A stretch of 64,000 nt of DNA from a bacterium (lineage in GTDB: Bacteria; UBA8248; JACPRG01; G963555815), in contig OZ244653.1 in NCBI GenBank assembly GCA_965218795.1, positions 2,304,001-2,368,000 on the forward strand, given 5' to 3'. Position numbers and translations under genes: made by a program. Positions 11,906 to 21,892 of this stretch are shown in pieces. The notes under the pieces were generated by a model that worked only from the letters and a program-made list of their open reading frames with translations, was not told the origin of the DNA and did no database searches. Position 1 is the first letter of the stretch. The number at the start of each line of letters is the position of its first letter.

Positions 11906-13870
11906 TTACAGCAGGAGCGGCGCCATCACCAGAGAGATGATGGACATCAGCTTGATGAGGATGTTCATTGAAGGGCCCGATGTGTCCTTGAGCGGGTCGC
12001 CCACCGTGTCCCCGACCACACCGGCCTTGTGGGCTTCGGAACCCTTTCCTCCGAAATGGCCCTCTTCGATATACTTCTTGGCGTTGTCCCAGGCACCGCC
12101 GCCGTTGGCCATCATGAGCGCCAAGAGAACGCCGGATAACGTCGCGCCTGCGAGCATCCCGCCCAGCGCCTCGCGGCCAATCAAGAACCCGACCAGTACA
12201 GGGAGGACGAAGGCTGTCACGCCTGGCAGGATCATTTCCTTCAGCGCGGCGTCCGTACTGATGGAGATGCACCTCGCATGATCGGGTGTCCCGGTCCCTT
12301 CCATCAGCCCGGGTATTTCGCGGAACTGCCGGCGAATCTCCTCGACCATCTTGAAGGCGGCCTTCCCCACCGAGGTGGTCGTGACGGCCGCAATAAAGAA
12401 TGGAACGGCCCCTCCAATGAGAAGGCCCACCACGACGCGGGCATTCGTCAGGTTGATGACGTCCAGCTTGGCCGCGGCGGTATAGGCCGAAAAGAGCGCC
12501 AGGGCGGTCAGCGCCGCTGAACCGATGGCGAAGCCCTTCCCGATGGCCGCCGTTGTGTTGCCCAGGGAGTCGAGGCTGTCCGTAATTTTTCGCGTTTCGG
12601 GGCCCAACTCGGCCATCTCGGAGATTCCGCCCCCATTGTCCGCAATGGGCCCGTACGCGTCGACAGACATGGTGATGCCGATAGTGGCCAACATGCCGAC
12701 CGCCGCAATGGCGATGCCGTACAGCCCCGCCAGGGCGGAGGCCGCCCAGGTGGCGGCTGCAATCACCAGAATGCTGGGAGCGGCGCTTTCCATCGCCAAA
12801 GCCAACCCGGCGATGATGTTCGTGGCGACACCCGTCTGGCAGGCCTCAGCTAATTTGATGATGGGTTTTCCGGCCGTGTAATACTCCGTCAACCGTCCGA
12901 TGATGATTCCGGCGACTGAACCCGCAAGAACGGACCCGAACACGTTGGAGGGGAGCCCCATGGATACCGTCACGAAGTAAGAAGGGATAAGCATCAAAAC
13001 CGCGCTGATGTAAGTGGCGTAGCGCAGGACGGCCGCCGGATCGAGATTTTGAAGAATCCTGACGGACAGAATCCCCAACAGGGAGGCGACCAGACCAATC
13101 ATCGCAATCAGCAGGGGAAGGGCCATCGCCGCTGAGGCCGTGGCCCCCATTGTCGCGCCGATGGCGATGACCGCGATGATGCTTCCGACATAGGACTCGA
13201 ACAGATCCGCTCCCATCCCTGCGACGTCGCCGACGTTGTCGCCGACCAGATCGGCGATCACTCCGGGGTTCCGGGGGTCATCCTCGGGAATCCCCGCTTC
13301 CACTTTCCCCACGAGATCCGATCCGACGTCGGCAGTCTTCGTGTAGATACCGCCCCCCACGCGCGCGAACAGGGCGATAGAGCTGGCCCCCATGCCGAAG
13401 CCGAAGACGACGCTGGGCTCATCCGAGAACAGCAGGAAGAAAACGCCTACGCCGATCAGCCCCAGGCTTGCAACGGAAAGCCCCATGATGGAACCACCGA
13501 AGAACGCCATGATCAAGGCCTTCCCCTGGCTCCCCCCGCGAGCGGCCTCCGCCGTCCTCAGGTTGGCCCGGGTCGCCGCCTTCATTCCAAAGAATCCCGC
13601 CAGGACCGAGCAGACGGCCCCGCCGAGGAAGGATATGGCCGTTCCCAAGTTCAAAAACAATGCGAGCAAGATAAAGACGATCACCACGAAGATGGCCAAT
13701 ATCTTGTATTCCTTCTTGAGAAAGACCATCGCCCCGTCGTGGATGGCTTTGGACAGGCTCTGCATTCTCTCATTGCCCGCCGGCTGGCTCGAAATGTAGC
13801 GAAACAGGAGTCCAGCGATCAGCAGGCCGATCAAGCCCAAAATGGGCGCCCAGCCGGTGAACGTGCTCAT
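11906..13870 (-). CDS. hppA: Membrane-bound ion-translocating pyrophosphatase (K+-dependent, probably Na+)
   Basis: [47 protein letters not shown]; ATG overlaps the pth stop. Confidence 0.96.
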   Translation of the reverse strand: MSTFTGWAPILGLIGLLIAGLLFRYISSQPAGNERMQSLSKAIHDGAMVFLKKEYKILAIFVVIVFILLALFLNLGTAISFLGGAVCSVLAGFFGMKAATRANLRTAEAARGGSQGKALIMAFFGGSIMGLSVASLGLIGVGVFFLLFSDEPSVVFGFGMGASSIALFARVGGGIYTKTADVGSDLVGKVEAGIPEDDPRNPGVIADLVGDNVGDVAGMGADLFESYVGSIIAVIAIGATMGATASAAMALPLLIAMIGLVASLLGILSVRILQNLDPAAVLRYATYISAVLMLIPSYFVTVSMGLPSNVFGSVLAGSVAGIIIGRLTEYYTAGKPIIKLAEACQTGVATNIIAGLALAMESAAPSILVIAAATWAASALAGLYGIAIAAVGMLATIGITMSVDAYGPIADNGGGISEMAELGPETRKITDSLDSLGNTTAAIGKGFAIGSAALTALALFSAYTAAAKLDVINLTNARVVVGLLIGGAVPFFIAAVTTTSVGKAAFKMVEEIRRQFREIPGLMEGTGTPDHARCISISTDAALKEMILPGVTAFVLPVLVGFLIGREALGGMLAGATLSGVLLALMMANGGGAWDNAKKYIEEGHFGGKGSEAHKAGVVGDTVGDPLKDTSGPSMNILIKLMSIISLVMAPLLL

Positions 13871-14502
13871 GAACGTGTTTCTCCCCTCGATTCCTTCGGA
13901 AGCTTGTCTCGATCCCAAACCCGGATCAACTCATCGATGCGGTCGGCCGCCAGGCCGATCACACCCTTCAGTTCCTCTTCCTCCCGCCGGGTGAAAGAAC
14001 TCAGGACATAATCGGCCTCGCTTTGATCCTCCATCCCACGGCCGATCCCTATCCGAATTCGCGCGAAGTCCCTCCCCCCGATACTTCCAATGATCGATCG
14101 AACACCGCGGTGTCCGCCGTCTCCACCTTTTCGTTTCAAGCGTACGGCGCCAAACGATATATCGATGTCATCGTGAACGACCAAGAGGTCCGTCATTCCC
14201 AATCCGAATTCCTTCAGCAATCCGCGAACAGCCCTCCCGGAACGGTTCATCAAGTCCTGCGGCTTGGCGAGCAGGACGCGCCGGCCATAAAGAGAGCCAT
14301 TGCCCGCAAGCGAACAATGGCCCGCCTCTTCGAACTCCACTCCCAGCCGCGCCGCCAGTTCATCCAGAACTCGAAACCCGGCATTGTGACGGGTTTCGGC
14401 GTACTCCGGGCCGGGATTCCCCAGACCGATGATCAGGATCGGCCGCTCCGGACCGTCAGTTCCGCCCGGTCTTTTCCCGGTCAGACGGCGAAAAAGCCTC
14501 AC
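13867..14502 (-). CDS. pth: Peptidyl-tRNA hydrolase
   Basis: GLGNPG, TRHNAGF, HDDID, GGHRG. Confidence 0.96.
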   Translation of the reverse strand: MRLFRRLTGKRPGGTDGPERPILIIGLGNPGPEYAETRHNAGFRVLDELAARLGVEFEEAGHCSLAGNGSLYGRRVLLAKPQDLMNRSGRAVRGLLKEFGLGMTDLLVVHDDIDISFGAVRLKRKGGDGGHRGVRSIIGSIGGRDFARIRIGIGRGMEDQSEADYVLSSFTRREEEELKGVIGLAADRIDELIRVWDRDKLPKESRGETRS

Positions 14503-15176
14503 CCCTCGCCAGACTCTTCTTTTGCCGCTTCAGCCGCTCCGGGCTCCTCCTCTCCCGGGGCCTCTTTCCCTTCCTCCACGGCCTCGCCTTCAAGGACTTC
14601 TTCTTCCACTCCCGCAGTCACAACGGTCACGCTGGCAACCGCCTCTTCAGAATCGGTAATCATCTCAACCCCGGACGGCAACTGCAAGTCCTTGACGTGA
14701 ATCACCGCGCCCACCTCCATTTCCGACACATCGATATTCACGGAAGGGGGGATCGCCATCGGCAGGCATCGAACGGCCACCGTGGAGAGCAACTGGCCCA
14801 GATAGCCTTGGTCCTGCACCACCCCGATCGGGATTCCCTCCAATTCGATGGGCACGTCGACCTCAACTTCGCGATCCACGGAAATCTGCAACAGGTCGGC
14901 GTGAAGGATTTCCCCCCGGATGGGGTCGTTTTGAATCTCGCGGACCATCACGAGCCGTTCCGTTCCATCCCCACTTTCGATCCGAAGGCGCATGAGGGCG
15001 TTGGCGCCCGCCTCGGTGGTCAACAATTGTCGAAGTTCCCGGGGATTGAGCGTCAGGGCGAAGTTTTCTCCTTCGCCGTACATGACGGCCGGGATATTTC
15101 CCGCCTCGCGAACCTGTCGCGCCGGCCCTTTGCCTCGGCCTTCGCGTGTTTGAGCGTGAAGTATCAACTCTTCCAT
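14499..15176 (-). CDS. rplY: 50S ribosomal protein L25/Ctc
   Basis: GKGPARQVR, IPAVMYG, HADL; lies between prs and pth. Confidence 0.95.
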   Translation of the reverse strand: MEELILHAQTREGRGKGPARQVREAGNIPAVMYGEGENFALTLNPRELRQLLTTEAGANALMRLRIESGDGTERLVMVREIQNDPIRGEILHADLLQISVDREVEVDVPIELEGIPIGVVQDQGYLGQLLSTVAVRCLPMAIPPSVNIDVSEMEVGAVIHVKDLQLPSGVEMITDSEEAVASVTVVTAGVEEEVLEGEAVEEGKEAPGEEEPGAAEAAKEESGEG

Positions 15177-15189
15177 GACATTTCCTTCA

Positions 15190-16131
15190 TCAGACAAACA
15201 GCGAACTCACAGAACTTTCGCTGTGGATGCGCTGGATTGCGTCTCCCAGCAGGGTTGCGATGGAAAGCACTTGAATGCGCGGGCATTCCAGGGCGCGCGG
15301 TCTCAGCGGGATGGTATCGGTCACCACGACCTGCGCGATCGACGAGTTTTCTATGTGATCGATAGCCGATCCGGAGAAGACCGGATGAGTGGCGCTGGCG
15401 TAGACGGTTGTCGCCCCCTTCTCCATCAGAGCCCGGGCTCCTTCGGTCAAGGTTCCGGCCGTGTCGATCATGTCATCCACGATGAGCACCATGCGGTCCC
15501 TGACATCCCCAATGACGTTCATGGCCTGAGCCACGTTTTCACGCTCCCTGCGCTTATCGATGATGCCCAAAGGAGCGTCCATCCGTTTGGCGAAGGCTCG
15601 AGCCCGCTCCACTCCGCCGGAATCCGGCGAAACGACAGTCAAATCGGCCAAATTCAACCCTTGAAAATGCTCGATGATGAGGGGGGCGGCGAATAGATGA
15701 TCCACGGGGATGTCGAAAAACCCTTGGATCTGCCCCGCGTGCAGATCGATCGTCAGGACCCGGTCCGCCCCTGCCGCGCCCAGGAGATCGGCCACCAGTT
15801 TCGCCGTGATGGGAACCCGGGGCTGAACCTTCCGGTCCTGTCGGGCGTAGCCAAAGTACGGGATCACCGCGGTGATCCGCCTCGCCGAGGCCCGCCGGAA
15901 GGCATCGATCATGATCAAAAGCTCCATGAGATTCGTCTGGGAGGGGGAGCACGTCGGCTGAATCAAAAAGCAATCCATCCCCCGGACGTTCTCATTGATA
16001 TACACATTGATCTCGCCGTCGCTGAAATCGGTGATCTCAAGCTGACCCAATGCGATATTCAGAGATTTTGAGATCCCTTCCGCCAATTCTGGATTGGCAC
16101 GACCGGAGAAGAGCTTCAATTCTCCATTCAT
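15190..16131 (-). CDS. prs: Ribose-phosphate pyrophosphokinase
   Basis: FSDGE, YARQDRK, DLHAGQIQGFF, VDDMIDTAGT. Confidence 0.98.
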   Translation of the reverse strand: MNGELKLFSGRANPELAEGISKSLNIALGQLEITDFSDGEINVYINENVRGMDCFLIQPTCSPSQTNLMELLIMIDAFRRASARRITAVIPYFGYARQDRKVQPRVPITAKLVADLLGAAGADRVLTIDLHAGQIQGFFDIPVDHLFAAPLIIEHFQGLNLADLTVVSPDSGGVERARAFAKRMDAPLGIIDKRRERENVAQAMNVIGDVRDRMVLIVDDMIDTAGTLTEGARALMEKGATTVYASATHPVFSGSAIDHIENSSIAQVVVTDTIPLRPRALECPRIQVLSIATLLGDAIQRIHSESSVSSLFV

Positions 16132-16165
16132 AGATTCCGGTCATCCTCGTTGGATTACGTTTTCA

Positions 16166-16240
16166 TGGCTGGGGCGGGAGGATTCGAACCTCCGAATGCT
16201 GGATCCAAAATCCAGTGCCTTACCGCTTGGCTACGCCCCA
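16166..16240 (-). tRNA. tRNA-Gln(TTG)
   Basis: TGGGGCGTAGCCAAGCGGTAAGGC-ACTGGA TTTTGGA TCCAG-...GGTTCGAATCC...GCCCCAGCCA; cloverleaf with encoded CCA. Confidence 0.97.
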
Positions 16241-16263
16241 AAGAGCGGGGCTGTTTCATTCCT

Positions 16264-16608
16264 TCAGCATGTATCCGACTGGCCGGGTGGGGGCGCTTCG
16301 CCGCCAGGTTCCTCTGACCGGACGGGCTGTGAAATCGGCCGCGTTTCCTGTCGCTGGCGCAGGAGGTTCTGGTAGCGACCCAATATCTTGTCTTCGATCA
16401 TCCGGCGGGTTTCACTGTTCAGCGGGTGGGCGGTATCCTTGAACGAACCGTCTTTACATTTCCGGCTCGGCATGGCTACAAACAAACCGTTGGTCCCCTG
16501 AATGATCTTCAAGTCCCTCACAACGAAGCAATGATCAAAGGTGATGGTCACGTAAGCCTTCAGCTTCTCTTCGTCGACAGGGTAGACACGAACCTCTGTG
16601 ATTTCCAT
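16264..16608 (-). CDS. spoVG: SpoVG family protein
   Basis: MEITEVRV, LKAYVTITFD, GLFVAMPSRK, DTAHP. Confidence 0.95.
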   Translation of the reverse strand: MEITEVRVYPVDEEKLKAYVTITFDHCFVVRDLKIIQGTNGLFVAMPSRKCKDGSFKDTAHPLNSETRRMIEDKILGRYQNLLRQRQETRPISQPVRSEEPGGEAPPPGQSDTC

Positions 16609-16654
16609 TTCGCCACCATTCCCCGTACGGGGCCATCGGGCATCATACCAAACC

Positions 16655-17533
16655 TCAGAACATACGCTCCTTCACTCCCAGCGTTCGCGTGATCCGAGTC
16701 AACATGCCATCTTGCCCCATTTTTCGGGCTGCCCGCCTGGCCTGACGATCAAGCGGAAAGAAGCCAAAGACCGTGGGGCCGCTCCCGCTCATCATCGCGA
16801 GTTCCGCACCCAATTCAAACAGTTTCTCCTTGAGCTTCCCTACGACGGGATACGCCTGGAATACGGGCGGTTCCAGATCGTTCCTGAAAATTTCCCATCC
16901 GGGCGGAAGCCGTGGAAATAAAGAACTTCTCTCTAGAATCTTAGGATTGGGAGCAGGGTGTGTCAACCCGGATTTCCACTCCTGATAGGCCCAGGCGGTT
17001 GAAATCGCAATGGGGGGCTTGACGAGCACCACGGTCCGGATCGGTCCCGGCCGAATCTCTGTCAGGCGATCGCCGCGGTCCTCTCCGAGAGCGCAGGCCC
17101 CTCCCAGGAAAAACGAGACATCCGCTCCAAGATCAGAGGCCAGCTCCAACAAGCCTTCTTGCGTCACATCCAGGTCCAGGAGCCTTCGGAGACCGAACAG
17201 GACGGCGGCGGCGTTCGCGCTCCCCCCGCCAAGCCCGGCGGCAGCGGGAATCCTCTTCTCGATATAGATGGAGCAGCCGGCTTTGACCCGGGCCGCCTTC
17301 ATCAATCGTTCGGCGGCCCGGAAGGCCAGATTCTTCGCACCGTCGGGCACATCGGGGTGAGAACACCGGACCCTCAGGCGGCCCGGCCGAAGGGTCAGGG
17401 TGACACGGTCGCGGAGGGCCAGTTTCTGCAGAATCGTCTTGACTTCATGATAGCCGTCCGGCCGCTTCCCCAGGATATGAAGGCCGAGGTTGATCTTCGC
17501 TGGGGGATAAAGGTGCAAGACGCGCAAGGGCAT
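16655..17533 (-). CDS. ispE: 4-diphosphocytidyl-2-C-methyl-D-erythritol kinase
   Basis: PAKINLGL, KRPDGYH, KRIPAAAGLGGGS, MSGSG. Confidence 0.96.
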   Translation of the reverse strand: MPLRVLHLYPPAKINLGLHILGKRPDGYHEVKTILQKLALRDRVTLTLRPGRLRVRCSHPDVPDGAKNLAFRAAERLMKAARVKAGCSIYIEKRIPAAAGLGGGSANAAAVLFGLRRLLDLDVTQEGLLELASDLGADVSFFLGGACALGEDRGDRLTEIRPGPIRTVVLVKPPIAISTAWAYQEWKSGLTHPAPNPKILERSSLFPRLPPGWEIFRNDLEPPVFQAYPVVGKLKEKLFELGAELAMMSGSGPTVFGFFPLDRQARRAARKMGQDGMLTRITRTLGVKERMF

Positions 17534-17545
17534 GACGGCACGGGG

Positions 17546-18358
17546 TCATTCACGATCCAGCGGGATGACGGAAACGCCGCTCGGGACGGGGAGATGGAAA
17601 GCCAGCGGAGTCAGGCCCTGGTTGAGCTTCACCCTCCGATAATGAATCTCCAGGGTTCGCTCGCCCCGCCCCACTTCGACCTCCACGCTTGCGGGGAACC
17701 GAAGACCGTCCTCTGTTCGATATCCCGAATAAAACACTTCCAAACCAGCGCCTCCCGAGTGCGCGATTGATTGAAAGCGAAGGGGAACCAGACTTCGGGC
17801 GTCCAGCCACCATTGGCGTCTGACCCGATCGCCCTCGGTGATTTGCAATTGATAAGCACCCGATTGACCCACGGTCCCGTCCCATCGAACGCGGACATCG
17901 CCGGCCTCCTGCCTCGGCACGACACTCCCCAAAAGAACTTCGACCACCTCTCTGGGCGTAAGGGGAATTCCGAGCCAGCGGTAAAGATTCCGCGCCGTCG
18001 CACGTCCCCGGAAATACTGGTTTTTCGACGGGTGATATGCGCTGAGCGTGTCGTTATCCGCTACGATGTAGATCAGCGGTTGGCCAAAGAAATTCAGAGG
18101 CTCCAGGCGAATCGAGCCGTCACCCCGAAGAAGAAGAACCGCCTTTCCCGCGTATCGTTCCTCACGCGCGTTGAGAACGATCTCCACGACTCCCCTCAGA
18201 TCCCGAAGGTGGCCCTGCTCTTCCTGCACCCGATTCAACAGACGATCGGGTCGTTTCAGGATCCGATCGGCCTCCGGCGGGGGCGGGATGACCACGAGGG
18301 ATGCACACCCGGCTGCAAGAATCAAAAGAACCCCCGCCGTCATTTCGGCGATTCTCAC
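17546..18358 (-). CDS. LolB-like/DUF4292 lipoprotein
   Basis: Lipobox LAAGC; position between a TPR gene and ispE, where lolB usually sits. Confidence 0.7.
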   Translation of the reverse strand: MRIAEMTAGVLLILAAGCASLVVIPPPPEADRILKRPDRLLNRVQEEQGHLRDLRGVVEIVLNAREERYAGKAVLLLRGDGSIRLEPLNFFGQPLIYIVADNDTLSAYHPSKNQYFRGRATARNLYRWLGIPLTPREVVEVLLGSVVPRQEAGDVRVRWDGTVGQSGAYQLQITEGDRVRRQWWLDARSLVPLRFQSIAHSGGAGLEVFYSGYRTEDGLRFPASVEVEVGRGERTLEIHYRRVKLNQGLTPLAFHLPVPSGVSVIPLDRE

Positions 18359-20208
18359 TCCCGCGCCGCCCTTTGCAACCCTTCTTCAATCTCCACGATC
18401 TTTTTCTTCACGGCCTCGTTCTCCGGATCGACCTTGAGAGAGCGCCTCCAGGCCCGAACCGCGTCTTTTCGGCGGTTCAGGTCACGGTACACGTCGCCCA
18501 GATGATCGAGGATCACCGGATCGTCCGGGAGAAGGGAAATGGCCAACTCCAGCTTTTTGACGGCCTTCTTCAGCCACCCCTTCTTGTAATAAGCCCAACC
18601 CATGCTGTCGACGTAAGCGCCGTTATTGGGCTCAAGCAGCATGGCCTTCTCAATCAGGACGATGGCTTCGTCCAGCCGAATGCTCTGTTCCGCCCACATA
18701 TAGCCGAGAAGGTTCTTGGCGCTCGCGTTCTTGTCGTTCAAACCCAGGACCGTCTCCATCAGCCGCGTCACTTCCTCATACTCTTTGAGCTCGTAATGCG
18801 CCACGGCCAAGTTGAACAAGAACCGTTCGTTCTTGGGTTCAATCTTCAAGGCGCGCTGATAGTGGGGTATCGCTTCTCGATACTTCTTTTGCCGGGCCGC
18901 ATAGAGGCCCAGCATGAACGGGGCCCGAGAGTCTCGGGGCTTCAGGTCTTGTACTTCCAGCAGATGCCTGGTCGCCTCCTCTTCCCTCTTCAGCTCCATC
19001 AAGACCCGGCTGATTTGGATTCGCGCCTCCACCAACCGGGGATGGTGCTCAAGAACGATTCCCAATTCCCGAAGCGAATCCTCGAATCGATCCCGCGATT
19101 CCTGGATGGCCGCAACGTAACGCCTGATCCGGGCATCTTGGGGATAAGCGTGCAAGAAAAATCTGAACTTCTGCAAGGCGTCTTTTTGCCGCCGCTGCTC
19201 AAAGTAGATGAGGCCGACAATCCGGTGGCCAAAAAGAGCGTCATCCGCCCGCTCCAGCCATTTCCCGAATTCCCCCTTCGGCACGGAGGGACCTTTTCCC
19301 TTATCGCGGAGAATCAACTGCTCTACCCGTTCCTGCACGGCCTTGTTCCCGGGGTCGATATGCAGCGCCCGCCGATACGCCCGGATGGCTTCCGGATACT
19401 TCTTCTGAAGCTCCAGAGTCCTCCCGACGCTGATGTGGGCGTCCACAAACCGCGCATAAAGCCGAAGGGTTGTCTGGAACTCCTTCAACGCTTGTTCATA
19501 CCTCCCCGCCGACAGGTGGGTATGTCCGAGGTAGTAACGGGCGAATGCGGATGAAGCGTCCTTTTCCAAAAGCTGGGTGAGAACTTCGAGGGCTTCGTCC
19601 CATTCCTTCTTCTCGATCAAATTCGCGCCCAAAAAGATCGAGGCCTCCTGCAGGTTCGGCTTCTGTTTCAGGGCCGCCCGGTAGTTGCGGACCGCCTCTT
19701 CAGGACGGCCGAGGGCAGTGTGAATCTCGGCTGACAGAATTCTCATTTCAACCTGTTCGGGAGCCAGCGTGACGCTTCGGTCGGCCTCCTTCACGGCCTC
19801 TTCCATCCGCCCCAGACGCACGAGCACGGACGCCCGCGCAAAGTGGAGATAGGGAGTCTTCGGAGACAGCTCGATAGCCTTCCGGTAGGCCGTCTCGGCG
19901 GCGGTCAGGTCGTAATCCATCTCCGCCAGATAACCTCTGAGGAACTGTGCATGAGCAAGACCGGGGATATCTTCGCCCCTGGACCGACGCGGCGCTCCCC
20001 GGCCGACTTGTTTCGCCGTAGAGGCGCGCCGGATGAGTCCCCCGGTTTTTCCGGGTTCGGCTTGGGCGCCGCTGGACGAGCCGATACCCTGCATGCCTGT
20101 TCTGAGTTCACCCAAGGGTGTTTCCGTGGGGACCCACGCTGCACATCCGGACGACATCAAGCCGACGATCAGCATCCAGGAAGAGACGAGCCATTTGACC
20201 ATTTTCAA
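18355..20208 (-). CDS. TPR-repeat lipoprotein
   Basis: Lipobox-like MSSGC; many TPRs; C-terminal NLLGYMWAE...AYVDSMGWAYYK...DHLGD. Confidence 0.9.
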   Translation of the reverse strand: MKMVKWLVSSWMLIVGLMSSGCAAWVPTETPLGELRTGMQGIGSSSGAQAEPGKTGGLIRRASTAKQVGRGAPRRSRGEDIPGLAHAQFLRGYLAEMDYDLTAAETAYRKAIELSPKTPYLHFARASVLVRLGRMEEAVKEADRSVTLAPEQVEMRILSAEIHTALGRPEEAVRNYRAALKQKPNLQEASIFLGANLIEKKEWDEALEVLTQLLEKDASSAFARYYLGHTHLSAGRYEQALKEFQTTLRLYARFVDAHISVGRTLELQKKYPEAIRAYRRALHIDPGNKAVQERVEQLILRDKGKGPSVPKGEFGKWLERADDALFGHRIVGLIYFEQRRQKDALQKFRFFLHAYPQDARIRRYVAAIQESRDRFEDSLRELGIVLEHHPRLVEARIQISRVLMELKREEEATRHLLEVQDLKPRDSRAPFMLGLYAARQKKYREAIPHYQRALKIEPKNERFLFNLAVAHYELKEYEEVTRLMETVLGLNDKNASAKNLLGYMWAEQSIRLDEAIVLIEKAMLLEPNNGAYVDSMGWAYYKKGWLKKAVKKLELAISLLPDDPVILDHLGDVYRDLNRRKDAVRAWRRSLKVDPENEAVKKKIVEIEEGLQRAARE

Positions 20209-20684
20209 GGCTTCATCCTTCTGACACGGTCCAAAAGCGCCGCAAACGCTTTCCGGACGTCCTCATTCGGGATCTTCGAAAGGGCTTCCTGGGACTCTGC
20301 GGGATTCGGGACGCGCGTGGCGTACCACTTGCGCCGCTCCTGCACCCTTCCCGCCGGTAAGGGGTCCTCTTCGTCCTCAGGCTTGAAAGGCCCATCCGCC
20401 TGTCGAAAATATATCCGGTCCAGGGCCGCCTTCCCGACGGCTTCATTGAGGGCCCGGCGAACGGATTCACGCATATAGACCATCTGCTGGAGCCAAACCG
20501 GATCCCTCACGTCTACATAGAGCGTACGGCCTTTCACTTCTACCGGATTCGCCATTTCAGCGACCGCCGGGCCGACGACATCCTTCCACCGCCGCACCAC
20601 TTCATTTCGCTCCAGACCCGGACCCCAGGACGCCGAACGCGTCAATCCTTTCAGAATCGAACCGACAGAGCAGAAACCGCTCAT
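20205..20684 (-). CDS. DUF721/DciA family protein
   Basis: WKDVVGPAVA, LYVDVRDPVWLQQM motifs. Confidence 0.8.
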   Translation of the reverse strand: MSGFCSVGSILKGLTRSASWGPGLERNEVVRRWKDVVGPAVAEMANPVEVKGRTLYVDVRDPVWLQQMVYMRESVRRALNEAVGKAALDRIYFRQADGPFKPEDEEDPLPAGRVQERRKWYATRVPNPAESQEALSKIPNEDVRKAFAALLDRVRRMKP

Positions 20685-21433
20685 ATCTCGATGACCCGTC
20701 CTTCGGACTTCAGGTCGTCTACCATTTCGGCAATGGCTGCCATGACATGGTCGACGATCTTCTGGCTGGTCTCTTTTGTCGAGGGAAGCCGGTACAACGC
20801 CTCCATATCCAGCGGGGGACCGAACCGGACACCGAGGTCCTTGCCGATATGGGGACGAGCGCTATCGGGCGTCACGGCTTCGATGGTCCCCCAAACGGCT
20901 GTGGGGATGATGACCGGCTTGGCCAGGTGGATGAGGTGGCCGACTGGACGCTTCCCGGGCAGGAGCACGCCGTCCATGCTCCGGGTCCCCTCGGGGAAGA
21001 GCAATACCGAGGAGGTCTTCATGGCTCGTACAATCTGCCGCATGGCTCGAAGGTCTCTGCCCGTTCTGTCTACGAAAATCGTGCCATAGCTCCGGAGGAT
21101 GCGTCCCAGAACCGGGACCTGATTCAACTCGATTTTTGCGACGGACTGAACCAGTCGCTTGGGAAAACGCCAGAGAATGGCCGCGGGTATCAGGAGCGGA
21201 TCGAGATCAGAGATATGGTTGCTGAGAAACAGGACACCGCTCTTTTGTTCGGGGATGTTCTCCAACCCCTCGAACCGGGCCCGATTTGCAATCTTGAGGT
21301 AAGAAAGAATAACGAACCAACAATACCAAATCCATAGAAACCAACCGATCTTCCGGAGGCCTCGTGGTTGCGTCCAGGAAGGGGAATCAGGCTTGCTGAC
21401 GACAGCACTTTTTACCGAGTGGGTCATGTCCAA
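20681..21433 (-). CDS. Lysophospholipid acyltransferase (PlsC family)
   Basis: NHISDLD, FVDR, FPEGTRS. Confidence 0.92.
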   Translation of the reverse strand: MDMTHSVKSAVVSKPDSPSWTQPRGLRKIGWFLWIWYCWFVILSYLKIANRARFEGLENIPEQKSGVLFLSNHISDLDPLLIPAAILWRFPKRLVQSVAKIELNQVPVLGRILRSYGTIFVDRTGRDLRAMRQIVRAMKTSSVLLFPEGTRSMDGVLLPGKRPVGHLIHLAKPVIIPTAVWGTIEAVTPDSARPHIGKDLGVRFGPPLDMEALYRLPSTKETSQKIVDHVMAAIAEMVDDLKSEGRVIEI

Positions 21434-21892
21434 GGAGATTGTTGGGTATTGATTTCGATTTGAGACTCCATCCTCGCACGCCCGACTCGCCTCAAATCAT
21501 ATCATATTCAGGTCCGCCTCGAGCCCGACCAGGGCTCTTGGTCGTGGGCCGTTTCGTTGAACGGACAGGACCTTATCGGGTTGTAGCCGCGATCCGAGCG
21601 CAGGGTCATCGACCCCAGAGGAAATTGTGGCGGGGCTTGCCCCGATCTCCGCTCCTCCGAGGGTCTTCGCTCGGATCGGAACTGCGTCGGAGAATCATCG
21701 GGCCATCCACAAGACCCGGCACAGTGCTGAAACTCGTCGCAAACTGACCCACTACCGGGCTTTTATCACATAATTTGTCACCGTCCAACGATTCGGAACA
21801 AGTTGCGGGGGATCCTCTCTTGTGCTATCGTTGAATACGTTGGAATGTCCCCAGCCGTTCCCTACATTTTCAGATGGACTCTTCGGTCTTCC

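Noticed and set aside
16264-16608. spoVG as a sign of sporulation
   Set aside because: SpoVG occurs at this locus in non-sporulating lineages; no other sporulation genes here.
21615-21630. RNase P RNA, suggested by a hairpin followed by GAGGAAA
   Set aside because: Conserved GUCC continuation and 3' ACAGAA..CGGCUUA region are absent.
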